Part shown: positions 8,882 through 18,315 of the stretch, piece after piece | Layout: each line of letters begins with the position of its first letter | Numbering within the stretch: the stretch's first letter is position 1 | Assembly: GCA_963744995.1 (NCBI GenBank) | Contig: CAVUWA010000002.1 | Span: 64,001-128,000, forward strand | Direction of reading: 5' to 3' | Length of the DNA stretch: 64,000 nucleotides | Source of the DNA: Candidatus Eiseniibacteriota bacterium | Lineage (GTDB): Bacteria > Eisenbacteria > RBG-16-71-46 | Program-made: the position numbers and the translations under genes | Notes under the pieces: generated by a model | Database searches by the model: none | Told to the model about the DNA's origin: nothing | Seen by the model: only the letters and a program-made list of their open reading frames with translations

Positions 8882-10312
8882 ATGCGCTTCCCAGCCGAGC
8901 CGTTCCGCATCAAGGTCGTCGAACCTCTGCGCCGCGTGACCCGCGAGGAGCGGGAGGATCACATCCGGCGCGCGGGCCTGAACATCTTCTCGGTGCCCGC
9001 GGACACGATCTACGTGGACCTGCTGACCGACAGCGGCACGTCGGCGATGAGCGACAACCAGTGGGCCGGGTTGATGGTCGGCGACGAGTCCTACGCCGGC
9101 AGCCGCAACTTCTATCACTTCCTCGAGGCGGTGCGGGACATCTTCGGCTACCCGCACGTGATCCCGACCCACCAGGGGCGCATGGCCGAGAACCTGCTCT
9201 TCACGACGGTGCTCGAGAAGGGCGACATCGTTCCCAACAACATTCACTTCGACACCACGCGCGCCAACGTCGAGGCGCAGCAGGCCGAAGCACTCGACCT
9301 CGTCGTGGACGAAGGCATGGATCCGACCGCGGACCTGCCGTTCAAGGGCAACCTCGATCCGGCGAAGCTCGACCGTCTGCTCGCCGAGCACGGACCCGAC
9401 CGCGTGCCGGTCGTCATGCTCACGGTGACCAACAACTCGGGCGGCGGGCAGCCGGTGTCGATCGCGAACGTGAAGGCGGTGCGCGAGGTCTGCGACCGGT
9501 ACGGCGTGCCGCTGTTCTTCGACGCCTGCCGGTTCGCCGAGAACTGCTGGTTCATCAAGCAGCGCGAGCCCGGCTACGCCGACCGCAACGTGATCGACAT
9601 CGCACGCGAGATGTTCTCGTACGGCGACGGCTGCACCATGAGCGCGAAGAAGGACGGGCTGGTGAACATCGGCGGCTTCCTCGCGATGAAGAATGCCGAC
9701 TGGGCCGAGCGCATCACCAACCTGCTGATCCTCGTGGAAGGGTTTCCGACCTACGGCGGGCTCGCGGGGCGCGATCTCGAAGCGATCGCGCGCGGCCTGC
9801 GCGAAGTGCTCGACGAGGACTACCTCGCGTTCCGCACCGGCCAGGTGGCGCACCTCGGCGAGATGCTCGACGAGGCCGGCGTGCCGATCGTGAAGCCGGT
9901 CGGCGGGCACGCGGTCTACATCGACGCGAAGCGCATGCTGCCCCACATTCCGCAGTCGCAGTTCCCCGGGCAGTCGCTCGTGGTGGCGCTCTACCGCGAA
10001 TACGGCATCCGCGCGGTCGAGGTCGGCAGTCTGATGTTCGGACACAAGGATCCGAAGACCGGTCAGGACGTGTTCCCGCAGCTGGAACTCGTGCGCCTGG
10101 CCGTGCCGCGCCGCGTGTACACGACGGAACACATGCGGTTCGTCGCCGATTCGGTGATCCAGCTGTACCGTGAACGCGACCGCCTGCCCGGCCTGCGCAT
10201 CACGCACGAGGCGCCGGTGCTCAGACACTTCACCGTGCGACTCGAAGAGATCGGCGCGGGTGCGACGCCCGCGGGTGCCACGCGCCGCGTCGAGCCGTCC
10301 ACAGCACGTTGA
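8882..10312 (+). CDS. tnaA: Tryptophanase (beta-eliminating PLP lyase)
   Basis: EPFRIKVVEP, DLLTDSGT, GDESYAGS, MSAKKD (PLP Lys), GFPTYGGLAGRD; LRHFT favours TnaA over tyrosine phenol-lyase (LRFFT). Confidence 0.9.
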   Translation: MRFPAEPFRIKVVEPLRRVTREEREDHIRRAGLNIFSVPADTIYVDLLTDSGTSAMSDNQWAGLMVGDESYAGSRNFYHFLEAVRDIFGYPHVIPTHQGRMAENLLFTTVLEKGDIVPNNIHFDTTRANVEAQQAEALDLVVDEGMDPTADLPFKGNLDPAKLDRLLAEHGPDRVPVVMLTVTNNSGGGQPVSIANVKAVREVCDRYGVPLFFDACRFAENCWFIKQREPGYADRNVIDIAREMFSYGDGCTMSAKKDGLVNIGGFLAMKNADWAERITNLLILVEGFPTYGGLAGRDLEAIARGLREVLDEDYLAFRTGQVAHLGEMLDEAGVPIVKPVGGHAVYIDAKRMLPHIPQSQFPGQSLVVALYREYGIRAVEVGSLMFGHKDPKTGQDVFPQLELVRLAVPRRVYTTEHMRFVADSVIQLYRERDRLPGLRITHEAPVLRHFTVRLEEIGAGATPAGATRRVEPSTAR

Positions 10313-10370
10313 TTCACCCGCGCCGCCCGATCCGACGGCCGGGACGATTATCGTTTCCAGAGGAAGGCTC

Positions 10371-11090
10371 ATGCCGAAGTTGAATCGGGGATTCGCGCTC
10401 ACCTGGCTCGGTCACAACTCCTTCAAGCTCGTCACTCGCAGCAACCGGACGATCCTCCTCGACCCATGGGTCGAAGGGAACCCCGCGACGCCGAAGGATC
10501 TCAAGACCTTCGACAAGATCGACATCATGACGATCACCCACGGGCACGCCGATCACATGTCCGACGCGGTGACGCTCGCGAAGAAGTTCAAGCCGACCGT
10601 CGTCTGCAACCATGAGATCCACCTCTACCTCACGAAGAAGGGCGTGCAGAACACCTCGCCGATGAACAAGGGTGGCACGCAGGAGGTCGGCGGCCTCAAG
10701 TTCACGATGGTGCATGCCACGCACTCGGGGGGCATCGAAGACGGCAGCCAGGTCGTTTACGGCGGCGAGGCCGCCGGCTTCGTGATCACGCTCGAGGACG
10801 GCACGCGGATCTACAACGCGGGCGACACCGCCGTGCACATGGACATGCAGTTGATCGGCGAGCTCTACCAGCCGGAGATCGCCCTGCTGCCGATCGGCGG
10901 TCTCTACACCATGTCGCCGCGCGAAGCCGCGGTGGCCGCACGCATGCTGCGGCCCAGGTACATCGTTCCGACCCACTACGGCACGTTCCCTGCCCTCTCC
11001 GGCACGCCGGATCAGTTGCGTGAAGCGCTGAAGGCGCAGGACGTGGACGCCGAAGTGGTCGCGCTCAGGCCGGGCGAGACGCTGTCGTAG
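10371..11090 (+). CDS. Metal-dependent hydrolase, metallo-beta-lactamase fold (UPF0173-like)
   Basis: TWLGH, THGHADH, HATHS, AGDT, LPIGG.YTM, PTHYGTFP. Confidence 0.9.
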   Translation: MPKLNRGFALTWLGHNSFKLVTRSNRTILLDPWVEGNPATPKDLKTFDKIDIMTITHGHADHMSDAVTLAKKFKPTVVCNHEIHLYLTKKGVQNTSPMNKGGTQEVGGLKFTMVHATHSGGIEDGSQVVYGGEAAGFVITLEDGTRIYNAGDTAVHMDMQLIGELYQPEIALLPIGGLYTMSPREAAVAARMLRPRYIVPTHYGTFPALSGTPDQLREALKAQDVDAEVVALRPGETLS

Positions 11091-11094
11091 CGCC

Positions 11095-11643
11095 ATGGCG
11101 TTCGACGCGGCCGTCGCCAGACGCGCGCGCGCCGCGAAAAAGGGCGGGCGCGCCGTCGCTGAAGGCTGGCTGCCCGGCGGGATGGCGGGCGTTCAACCGG
11201 GCGCCCGGGGCGACGGCCTGAGACGGCGGACGGCCGGGACGATCGCAGTGGCGATGCTGTGCGTCACGGCGCTCGCAATCGGCGCCGGCTGTGCGACCGT
11301 TCCGGTCTCGAACCCCGCGGATCCATGTCTCGGCTTCGGACAGGTGGAGCCCGCGCGGGGAACGGATCCCGGCTCGTTCGAGGCGCTGCCCGAGGCGACG
11401 CTGAAGGTGGCGCCCGTCTACCCGGCCACGGCCCTCGAGGCGAAGGTCGATGGCACCGTCATCGTCCTGGCGCTGGTGTGCGTGGACGGGACCGTCGGCG
11501 ACGTGCGCATCGCGACGTCGATTCCGATGCTCGACGGCGCTGCTACCGCGGCCGTACGCCGGTGGCGGTTCAAGCCGGCCACGCTGAACGGGCGCCCGAT
11601 CGCGATGTGGGTGAAGGTGCCCGTGAGCTTTCGACTGCACTGA
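11095..11643 (+). CDS. TonB C-terminal domain protein (start uncertain)
   Basis: PVYPATA..AKVDGTV.V..LV..DGTV, LDGAA.AAVRRWRFKPA..NGRP. Confidence 0.82.
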   Translation: MAFDAAVARRARAAKKGGRAVAEGWLPGGMAGVQPGARGDGLRRRTAGTIAVAMLCVTALAIGAGCATVPVSNPADPCLGFGQVEPARGTDPGSFEALPEATLKVAPVYPATALEAKVDGTVIVLALVCVDGTVGDVRIATSIPMLDGAATAAVRRWRFKPATLNGRPIAMWVKVPVSFRLH

Positions 11644-11707
11644 CGTCCCCGGACTCACCGCTCCGCTTCGCTCCGATGCACGAAACGGTGGGCCCGGAGG
11701 CGCGCGG

Positions 11708-12898
11708 TCACGTGGGCCCCGGCATCGACACCACGGCGGCGATGTCGTAGAGCGTGTGGATCGCGATCACGACGCCGGTGCTGGTGCGGTCGCGGATCAG
11801 GCCGAGCACGATCCCGAAGCAGAAGATCACGCCCATCCCGAACCACGAATACTGGACGTGCAGCGCGGCGAACAGCAGCGCCGTGAGGAACAGGCCGAGA
11901 CGCGGCTGCAGGGCGCCGCGCATGGTGATCTCCTCGCCGACGCCGGCGGAGAGCCCCAGCATGATGACCTGCGCCGGGCTGAGCTCGGCGGCGATCAGCT
12001 GGCTCACGCGCTGGTCGCTCAGCCACATCTGCGGGAACCACGTGCGCTGCACGTTCTCGAGCAGCACGTTGAGTCCGAACAGCAGCAGCACGCCGAGCGG
12101 CACGATCGCATAGTCCCCGGGCCGGAGCCGCCGGAGACCCAGGCGCTCGAGCGTGCCGGGAAGATCGCGCCGCACCATGAAGCCGACCGCAGCCAGCGCG
12201 AGCACGACGTAGCCGATCAATCCCGAGCCGAGGAATCCCTGATCGAACAGTGAAGTCTGCGACGAGAGCAGCCGCTCGAACGTGTCGCGAAACGCGTACC
12301 AGCCGGGGAACGCCAGCATCAGGCCCATGAGCACGATGCGCGCGGCGAGTCGCAGCGCGTGCGACGGCTCCTGATGGCGGAACATGACCCGGCTGAGGAC
12401 GTCCGCGAACGGTCGGAACAGCGTGAGCAGACTCACCAGCGCGGCGGCGGCCGAGCTGGCGATCACGATCATCTGCAGAGGCGTCGGCTCCATCCGCGAC
12501 ACGATCCACACGAGGGTGCCGAACACCGCGGCACCGCTCACGGGCACCGTCCAGGCCAGCACCCAGTAGAGGTGGCGTTGCCCGGGGTAGAGGTCCGCCG
12601 CCTGCGCGGCGACGAACAGCCCCGACAGCACGACGAGGAACGCCGCTTCCTGCAGGCCGAGCAGAATACTGAGCCCGCCGGTGACCGACAGCACGACGAG
12701 CCAGACCAGGAGGCGCGGTCCGCCGGGAAGTCCGGGCGGCCACTGCGGCGCGGGGGCCCGGGGCCCGGCGTCGCCTGCCTCGGGGACGAAATACCCGGCT
12801 CCGCCGTCGTCCCGGGGCGCGTCCGCGGCAGGGGGCGCGGGCGGCGTTTCGTCGCCGGGATTGCGTGCGTCGTCGGAGTCTGGAGTAAGGTCGGGCAT
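11708..12898 (-). CDS. CPBP (CAAX/Abi) family intramembrane metalloprotease
   Basis: Many TM helices; GEEITMRGALQ, FAALH, IHTLYD. Confidence 0.88.
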   Translation of the reverse strand: MPDLTPDSDDARNPGDETPPAPPAADAPRDDGGAGYFVPEAGDAGPRAPAPQWPPGLPGGPRLLVWLVVLSVTGGLSILLGLQEAAFLVVLSGLFVAAQAADLYPGQRHLYWVLAWTVPVSGAAVFGTLVWIVSRMEPTPLQMIVIASSAAAALVSLLTLFRPFADVLSRVMFRHQEPSHALRLAARIVLMGLMLAFPGWYAFRDTFERLLSSQTSLFDQGFLGSGLIGYVVLALAAVGFMVRRDLPGTLERLGLRRLRPGDYAIVPLGVLLLFGLNVLLENVQRTWFPQMWLSDQRVSQLIAAELSPAQVIMLGLSAGVGEEITMRGALQPRLGLFLTALLFAALHVQYSWFGMGVIFCFGIVLGLIRDRTSTGVVIAIHTLYDIAAVVSMPGPT

Positions 12899-12935
12899 CG
12901 GCGCAGAATATCCAGTCACCCGGGGAACCGCCACC

Positions 12936-13182
12936 ATGCGCTTCACCGTGCTGTTCTTCGCACAGGCCCGCGAGAAGGCGGGCCGCGCGCAGGCGCTGTT
13001 CGAGGTGCCCGACGGCAGTCGCGTGAGCGACGCGGTCGCGGCGATCCGCAGCGATTACCCGCAACTCGCCGGGCTGTGGCCGCACATGGCGGTCGCGGTG
13101 GACGGCGTGCTGGCGCCGCGAGGAGGCGCCGCTGCGCGACGGCGCGGAGGTCGCGCTGCTGCCGCCGGTGAGCGGCGGCTGA
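12936..13182 (+). pseudogene. moaD: Molybdopterin synthase sulfur carrier MoaD, frameshifted (+1 near 13119; possibly an assembly error)
   Basis: N-terminus MRFTVLFFAQARE; canonical end LRDGAEVALLPPVSGG* lies in the +1 frame; span is 3n+1. Confidence 0.85.
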
Positions 13183-13183
13183 C

Positions 13184-13630
13184 GTGGCGGCGCTCACGAC
13201 GGGGCCGATCGACACGGACGCCATGGCAGAGGGCGTGGATCTCGCCGCGTGCGGCGCGCTCGTGCTGTTCCTCGGCACGACCCGCAATCATCACGAGGGA
13301 CGAAAGGTGGTGCGTCTGGCCTACGAGGCCTACGCACCGATGGCGCTCGCCGGCCTCGAGGCGCTCGAACGCGAGGCGGTGAAGCGGTTCGAGATCGCAC
13401 TTTGCCGGATGGTCCACCGGCTCGGCGAGGTGCCGGTCGGCGAGGCGAGCGTCGCGGTGCTGGTGGCGGCCGCGCATCGCGGCGCGGCATTCGACGCGAG
13501 CCGCTGGGCGATGGACGAGCTCAAGCGCACGGTGCCGATCTGGAAGAAGGAGTTCTTCGAAGGAGGGGGCGAGGACTGGGTGCAGGGTACGAAGCTCGGC
13601 GGCCGGGGCGCAGCGGAGAACGCGAGGTGA
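13184..13630 (+). CDS. moaE: Molybdopterin synthase catalytic subunit
   Basis: GALVLFLGTTRN, LAYEAY, HRLG, HRGAAF, ELK..VPIWKKE. Confidence 0.95.
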   Translation: MAALTTGPIDTDAMAEGVDLAACGALVLFLGTTRNHHEGRKVVRLAYEAYAPMALAGLEALEREAVKRFEIALCRMVHRLGEVPVGEASVAVLVAAAHRGAAFDASRWAMDELKRTVPIWKKEFFEGGGEDWVQGTKLGGRGAAENAR

Positions 13631-14121
13631 GCGGCCGCCGGCGCCTGCGGCCGGCGGGGGCGGCTGCGGTGCTCACAGCCGCCGCGTTTTGCGGAGCGTG
13701 CGCGCCCGCGGACCATCGCGCCGAAGACGAAGCGCGCCTGCGCGCCATGCACGCCGCAATATTGCAGGCCCACCTCGACCGTGACGCCGACGCGTGGACC
13801 GCACTCGAGGCCGACACCATGTTCGTCGGCTCGCGCGGCAGGTTGTTCCGCGCGGCGCGGGCCGATCGGCTCGAAGGGCGCCGCGCCTACCTCGCCGCGA
13901 CCCGCTTCTCCGTCTACCGCGACCTCCAGCCGCCGCTCGTCCGCGTCGCCGGCGACCGCTCGATCGGCTGGCTCGCGGCGGAGGTCGAGATCGCCGGCCT
14001 GCAGCGGCGCCAGGACGGCGGCGAGGACTCGCTGCATACGTTCTTCGCGTGGATCGAGACGTACGAGCGGCGGAACGGGCGCTGGCGCATGACCGGAAAC
14101 GTGTCGACCGAGCGGCCGTAG
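13627..14121 (+). CDS. NTF2-like (DUF4440-type) exported protein
   Basis: Signal/lipobox-like N-terminus; C-terminal YERRNGRWRM; GTGA coupling. Confidence 0.7.
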   Translation: MSGRRRLRPAGAAAVLTAAAFCGACAPADHRAEDEARLRAMHAAILQAHLDRDADAWTALEADTMFVGSRGRLFRAARADRLEGRRAYLAATRFSVYRDLQPPLVRVAGDRSIGWLAAEVEIAGLQRRQDGGEDSLHTFFAWIETYERRNGRWRMTGNVSTERP

Positions 14122-14158
14122 GCGTCCCTCAGCCCAGTCGCGCTTTCGCCCGGCGGCG

Positions 14159-15175
14159 TTACGGCTGGTTCGGTTCGAGCGTGGTGACCCGCTCCGCCCG
14201 CGCGGGCCACGCGCCTCCCAGAAACGTATCGATCGAGCCGAACACCAGCTCCGGATCGTCCGCCCACGAGCAGTGTGCCGCGCCTTCCACCGTGACCAGC
14301 CGGGCATCCGGCAAACTCATCGCCCATTCACGGCCGCCGCCGTAGGCGGCGTTGCGATCACGCGTGCCGTGGATCGTAAGTACGGGGTGGTCGAAGGCCG
14401 CGAAGTCCGAAGGGTGCAGGTCGAGTGCCTGAATCGACGGGAACGTTCGCTGGAAGTGGCGCGCCAGGTGAGTCGGCCACTCGTTCGGCTTGTCGCAGAT
14501 GTCCTGGTTAAGACGTGAGACGTTCGCCGGATCACCCACGAGGGCGACCCGGGTGACTTCGTTTTCGCGGCGGCAGTAGGCCTCGGGATCCGAATCGGGC
14601 AGCCCCTCGGCCTGCAGCCGCCGCAGGTCGGCGAGGGCGCTCGAATCCATGGCCGCGTAGTAGTCGCCGGCGCGCAGCCCCTCGGGGTATTCGGTGCCGA
14701 AGTGCATCTGCACCGGGCCGATCTGGATCACACGCCGCACGTGGTCGGGGTGGTCTTTCGCGTACATCATCACCATCAGGCCCAGGTACGAGAATCCGAC
14801 CAGGTCCACCGAATTCAGATCGAAGTGCGCACGCACCGCTTCCAGGTCGAGCACGTCCTGCTGGATCGAGTTCTCGCGTTCCGCACTCACCGAGTCGGAG
14901 AGGCCGCGGTTGCGCATGTCGTAGTAGTAGAGCGTGCGTCCCTCGGCCAGCCGGTCGAAAGCGGGATGCAGGAACAGGTCGGCGGGCAGGATGACGGCCT
15001 GCGGGCCGTCGCCGACCTTTCGATAGAAGAGCCGTGTGCCGTCGGGCGCCTCGACGTAGCCCTGCTCCGTCGCGGGGCCGGAGGGCGTGTCGCGACTCTC
15101 TCCCGAACATCCGGCGAGCAGCAGCGGACACAACCAGGTCGCGATCCGCAGCGCGCGCGTCCGAGTTGGACTCAT
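14159..15175 (-). CDS. Alpha/beta hydrolase lipoprotein (proline iminopeptidase-like)
   Basis: LLAGC lipobox; YDMRNRGLS, GFSYLG nucleophile, IHGTRD, GAAH. Confidence 0.88.
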   Translation of the reverse strand: MSPTRTRALRIATWLCPLLLAGCSGESRDTPSGPATEQGYVEAPDGTRLFYRKVGDGPQAVILPADLFLHPAFDRLAEGRTLYYYDMRNRGLSDSVSAERENSIQQDVLDLEAVRAHFDLNSVDLVGFSYLGLMVMMYAKDHPDHVRRVIQIGPVQMHFGTEYPEGLRAGDYYAAMDSSALADLRRLQAEGLPDSDPEAYCRRENEVTRVALVGDPANVSRLNQDICDKPNEWPTHLARHFQRTFPSIQALDLHPSDFAAFDHPVLTIHGTRDRNAAYGGGREWAMSLPDARLVTVEGAAHCSWADDPELVFGSIDTFLGGAWPARAERVTTLEPNQP

Positions 15176-15194
15176 GGGACCTCCCGTCCGGTGA

Positions 15195-16338
15195 TCAGCG
15201 AACACTAGCAAGCGCGGTGCGCGCTTCGTTGCAAACTTCCGGTGAACTGTCGGCACGGGCCGCGCGGGCGAGCGCCTCCTCGATCGATGCGTGGTCCACC
15301 CCCGCCGCGCAGCCTGCGATCTGCCCCAGCGCCCACGCCGCGTGCGCGCGCACCAGCGCGTCCGGGTCCTCGGCCAGCACGCGCGCGAGCCGCGGCGCGG
15401 CACCTGCGTCGCGCCGGTTGCCGAGCGCCACGCACACGTTGCGCAGGAACCCGCCGCGCTTCGCACGGCGGATCGGGCTGCCTTCGAACAGCGCCCGGAA
15501 GGCGGCATCGTCGAGGTCGAGAAAGCGCTCCAGCGTCCAGCCTTCCAGCTGCCGCGCGTGCAGCCGCGCCTCGCGCGCGGGCGGCGCGAAACGGTTCCAG
15601 GGGCAGACCTCCTGGCAGACGTCGCAGCCGAAGATCCAGTCGCCGACGAGCGGCCGCAGCTCCGGCGGGATCGGCCCGCGCAGCTCGATCGTCAGATACG
15701 AGATGCAGAGCCGCGCGTCCAGCATGCGCGGCGCAACGATGGCCCCGGTCGGGCACCCCGTCGATGCAGCGCGTGCAGGTGCCGCAGTGGTCCCGTGCGA
15801 ACGGCAGGTCGGGATCGAGCGGGCGATCCACCAGCACCTCGCCGAGCAGGAACCAGGAGCCGAGGCGCGGCGACAGCAGCCCCGTGTGCTTGCCGACCCA
15901 GCCGATTCCGGCGCGCTCGGCCCAGCCGCGCTCGAGGATCGCCCCCGTGTCCGCGTACCAGAGTGCGTTCGCGCCGGGCAGCGCGGCGACGATGGCCGCC
16001 TGCAGGGCGCGCAGCTTGTCGCGCATGATCACGTGATAGTCCTCGCCGGCGGCGTAGCGCGCGATCCTGCCGAGCCGGGCGTCGCGCGCCGCGTCGCGGC
16101 CGGGTTCGTGGCAGAGCGCCACGCAGACCACCGCGGCGAGTCCGGGCAGCACGAGCGACGGATCGGCGCGTCGCGCCCGGTGACGTTCGCTCGCGAGCCA
16201 GGCCATGTCGCCGTGCATGTCCGCCGCGAGCCATGCCTCGTAGTGCGGGGGGCCGTCTTCCGGACCGGCCGTGGCGATCCCCACTGCGTCGAAGCCGAGG
16301 GCGATGGCTGCGGCCCGGATGCGTTGCGCGGGTGTCAC
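15195..16338 (-). pseudogene. queG: Epoxyqueuosine reductase, frameshifted (+1 in a G4 run near 15757; possibly an assembly error)
   Basis: YAAGEDYH, CGTCTRCID in one frame; CPTGAI, CISYLTIE, FGCDVCQEVCPWN and HEAT tail in the next. Confidence 0.9.
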
Positions 16339-16469
16339 GTCGCTGCCTTCCGCGTGCGCGCCCGGAAGGCATGGGGCACGGCGGCAGCTGCCGTTCGATC
16401 CGCGGTGGCGCGGTGGGCTCGCACTTGGTGCTGGTCTCTCATGAATCGTCCCGGCTAGGATGGGCGACC

Positions 16470-17237
16470 ATGACCTTCGAACAGGATCATTTCTCGCGCA
16501 AGGCGGCCGTCTATGCGAAGGCGCGTCCGGCGTATCCGGCGGCGCTCTACGACCGGCTCGCCGCCCTGGCGCCCGGTCGTGCGCTGGTCTGGGACTGCGG
16601 CACCGGCAGCGGCCAGGCCGCGCTGGCGCTCGCCGGCCGCTTCGAACGGGTGATCGCCACCGACGCCAGCGCCGCGCAGATCGAGCACCACTTCGCGCAT
16701 CCGCGCGTCCATTATGCCATCGCGCGCGCCGAACGTGCGCCGCTGCGTGACGGCACGGTGGACCTGGTGACGGTCGCCGCCGCCGTGCACTGGTTCGACC
16801 TCGACCTCTTCTACGCCGAGGCCCTGCGCGTGCTGCGTCCGGGCGGCGTGCTCTCCGTCTGGACCTATCTCGAGATGCACGTGGACCCGGCGTTCGACAG
16901 GATCATGGACGCCTACGCCTTCGACACGCTGAAGGAGGACTGGCCGGAGCGCATGAAGTACCCGCTCGCCCACTACGCGAACCTGCCGTTTCCGCTGGAG
17001 CCGGTTCCGCTGCCGGCGTTCCGGACCGAGCTGCGCTGGTCGCTGTACGACGTGCGCGCATTCATGGAGACCTGGTCGGGCACGCAGCGCCACCACGCCC
17101 GCACCGGGCGCGATCCGATCGAGCCGCTGTGGCCGCGGCTCGTCGAGGCGTGGGGCGATCCTGCAGCGCTGCGCGAGGTGCACTGGCCGCTGCACCTGAA
17201 GGCGGGACAGAAGGCGCAGCAGGACGCCGCTGGCTAG
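16470..17237 (+). CDS. Class I SAM-dependent methyltransferase
   Basis: DHFS..A..YA.ARP.YP, WDCGTGSGQA, TDAS, AVHWFD, LRPGG. Confidence 0.92.
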   Translation: MTFEQDHFSRKAAVYAKARPAYPAALYDRLAALAPGRALVWDCGTGSGQAALALAGRFERVIATDASAAQIEHHFAHPRVHYAIARAERAPLRDGTVDLVTVAAAVHWFDLDLFYAEALRVLRPGGVLSVWTYLEMHVDPAFDRIMDAYAFDTLKEDWPERMKYPLAHYANLPFPLEPVPLPAFRTELRWSLYDVRAFMETWSGTQRHHARTGRDPIEPLWPRLVEAWGDPAALREVHWPLHLKAGQKAQQDAAG

Positions 17238-18199
17238 CGCGTCGAATCGCGCTTCGCCTCTTTGCGCAGCGGATTCTTCGCCGGCTTCTTCGCCGCCGGC
17301 AGGGCGCTCGGGCGCTCCGCCTCCACGCCGCGCCCGACGGGGCGCACGACCGGAATCCGGATCGGGGCGGGGCCCTTCGCCTGAACCAGGCTCTGCGCAT
17401 CGCGCGCGGCTTCGACGCCCGCGCGCTGGGTGAGGCGGATGAGATCCTCGTCGGCCGGCGTCGCGCTGGAGTCGCGGGCGCGCAGCGCCCCGCCGAGCAC
17501 GCGGCGATCCGGCGGGATCAGGTCCGCGAGGGAGCCGCGCGGCAGCAGGCCGGTCACCCGCTCGACCTTCTCGAGATCCGGGCCGCGGTTGAACGCAACG
17601 CCGTCGCGCTCGACGACGTTGCGGACCGGCTCGAGCTGCGTCGCCGACGCGCCGAGCTGATCCGCCTGGAGCAGGCCCGTGGACACGGTGGTCGTCGGCA
17701 GCAGCGCCATGGGCACGTAGACGTACGCGCCGCCCGGCACCGAGGCGTAGTCGATCCCGGACGGCATGCGCGGGGCCCAGCCGACGTAGTCCGGGCTCTC
17801 GCGCCAGTCCACCCACGCCGGTCCCCACGCGAGCCCCGGAATCCAGACCCAGCCCTGGAAGCGGTCGTAGGTCCACTCGCCGTAGTGGTACGTCGCCCAG
17901 CCGAACGGCTCCGACGACACCCATACCCAGCCGTAGATGTCGGTCGGCGCCCAGAAGCCCTCGATGTACGGGCGCCAGGCGACGAAGTTCACGTCGGGGC
18001 GGAACACGTAGCCGTACGGCTCGATCAGCACCCAGTCTCCGTAGTCCACGAGCGCGTCGTAGAAGAACCGGTACTGCGGTGCGAGCCCCTGGCGCTCGGC
18101 GGGCATCTGCGGATAGCGATCGGGCGTGTAGCCCGTCAGCGCGCAGCCGGAGAGGGCGAGCGCGAGGAGGCATGCGGTGAAGGCGGAGCGCGTCAGCAT
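17234..18199 (-). CDS. DUF6600-like Trp/Tyr/Gly-rich lipoprotein
   Basis: LSGC lipobox; YGDW, WRPY..G.W, EPFGWATYHYG.W, WGPAWV.WR, VGWAP. Confidence 0.8.
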   Translation of the reverse strand: MLTRSAFTACLLALALSGCALTGYTPDRYPQMPAERQGLAPQYRFFYDALVDYGDWVLIEPYGYVFRPDVNFVAWRPYIEGFWAPTDIYGWVWVSSEPFGWATYHYGEWTYDRFQGWVWIPGLAWGPAWVDWRESPDYVGWAPRMPSGIDYASVPGGAYVYVPMALLPTTTVSTGLLQADQLGASATQLEPVRNVVERDGVAFNRGPDLEKVERVTGLLPRGSLADLIPPDRRVLGGALRARDSSATPADEDLIRLTQRAGVEAARDAQSLVQAKGPAPIRIPVVRPVGRGVEAERPSALPAAKKPAKNPLRKEAKRDSTR

Positions 18200-18315
18200 G
18201 CGACGACTCTAGCGCGAATCAGGACGCCCGGCGAACCGGCGCGGCGCGTGCGTGCGACCCGCCCGTCCGGCCCCCGCGACCGCTCGGGCGAGCACGCCGG
18301 GCCGTGCCGCGTGCA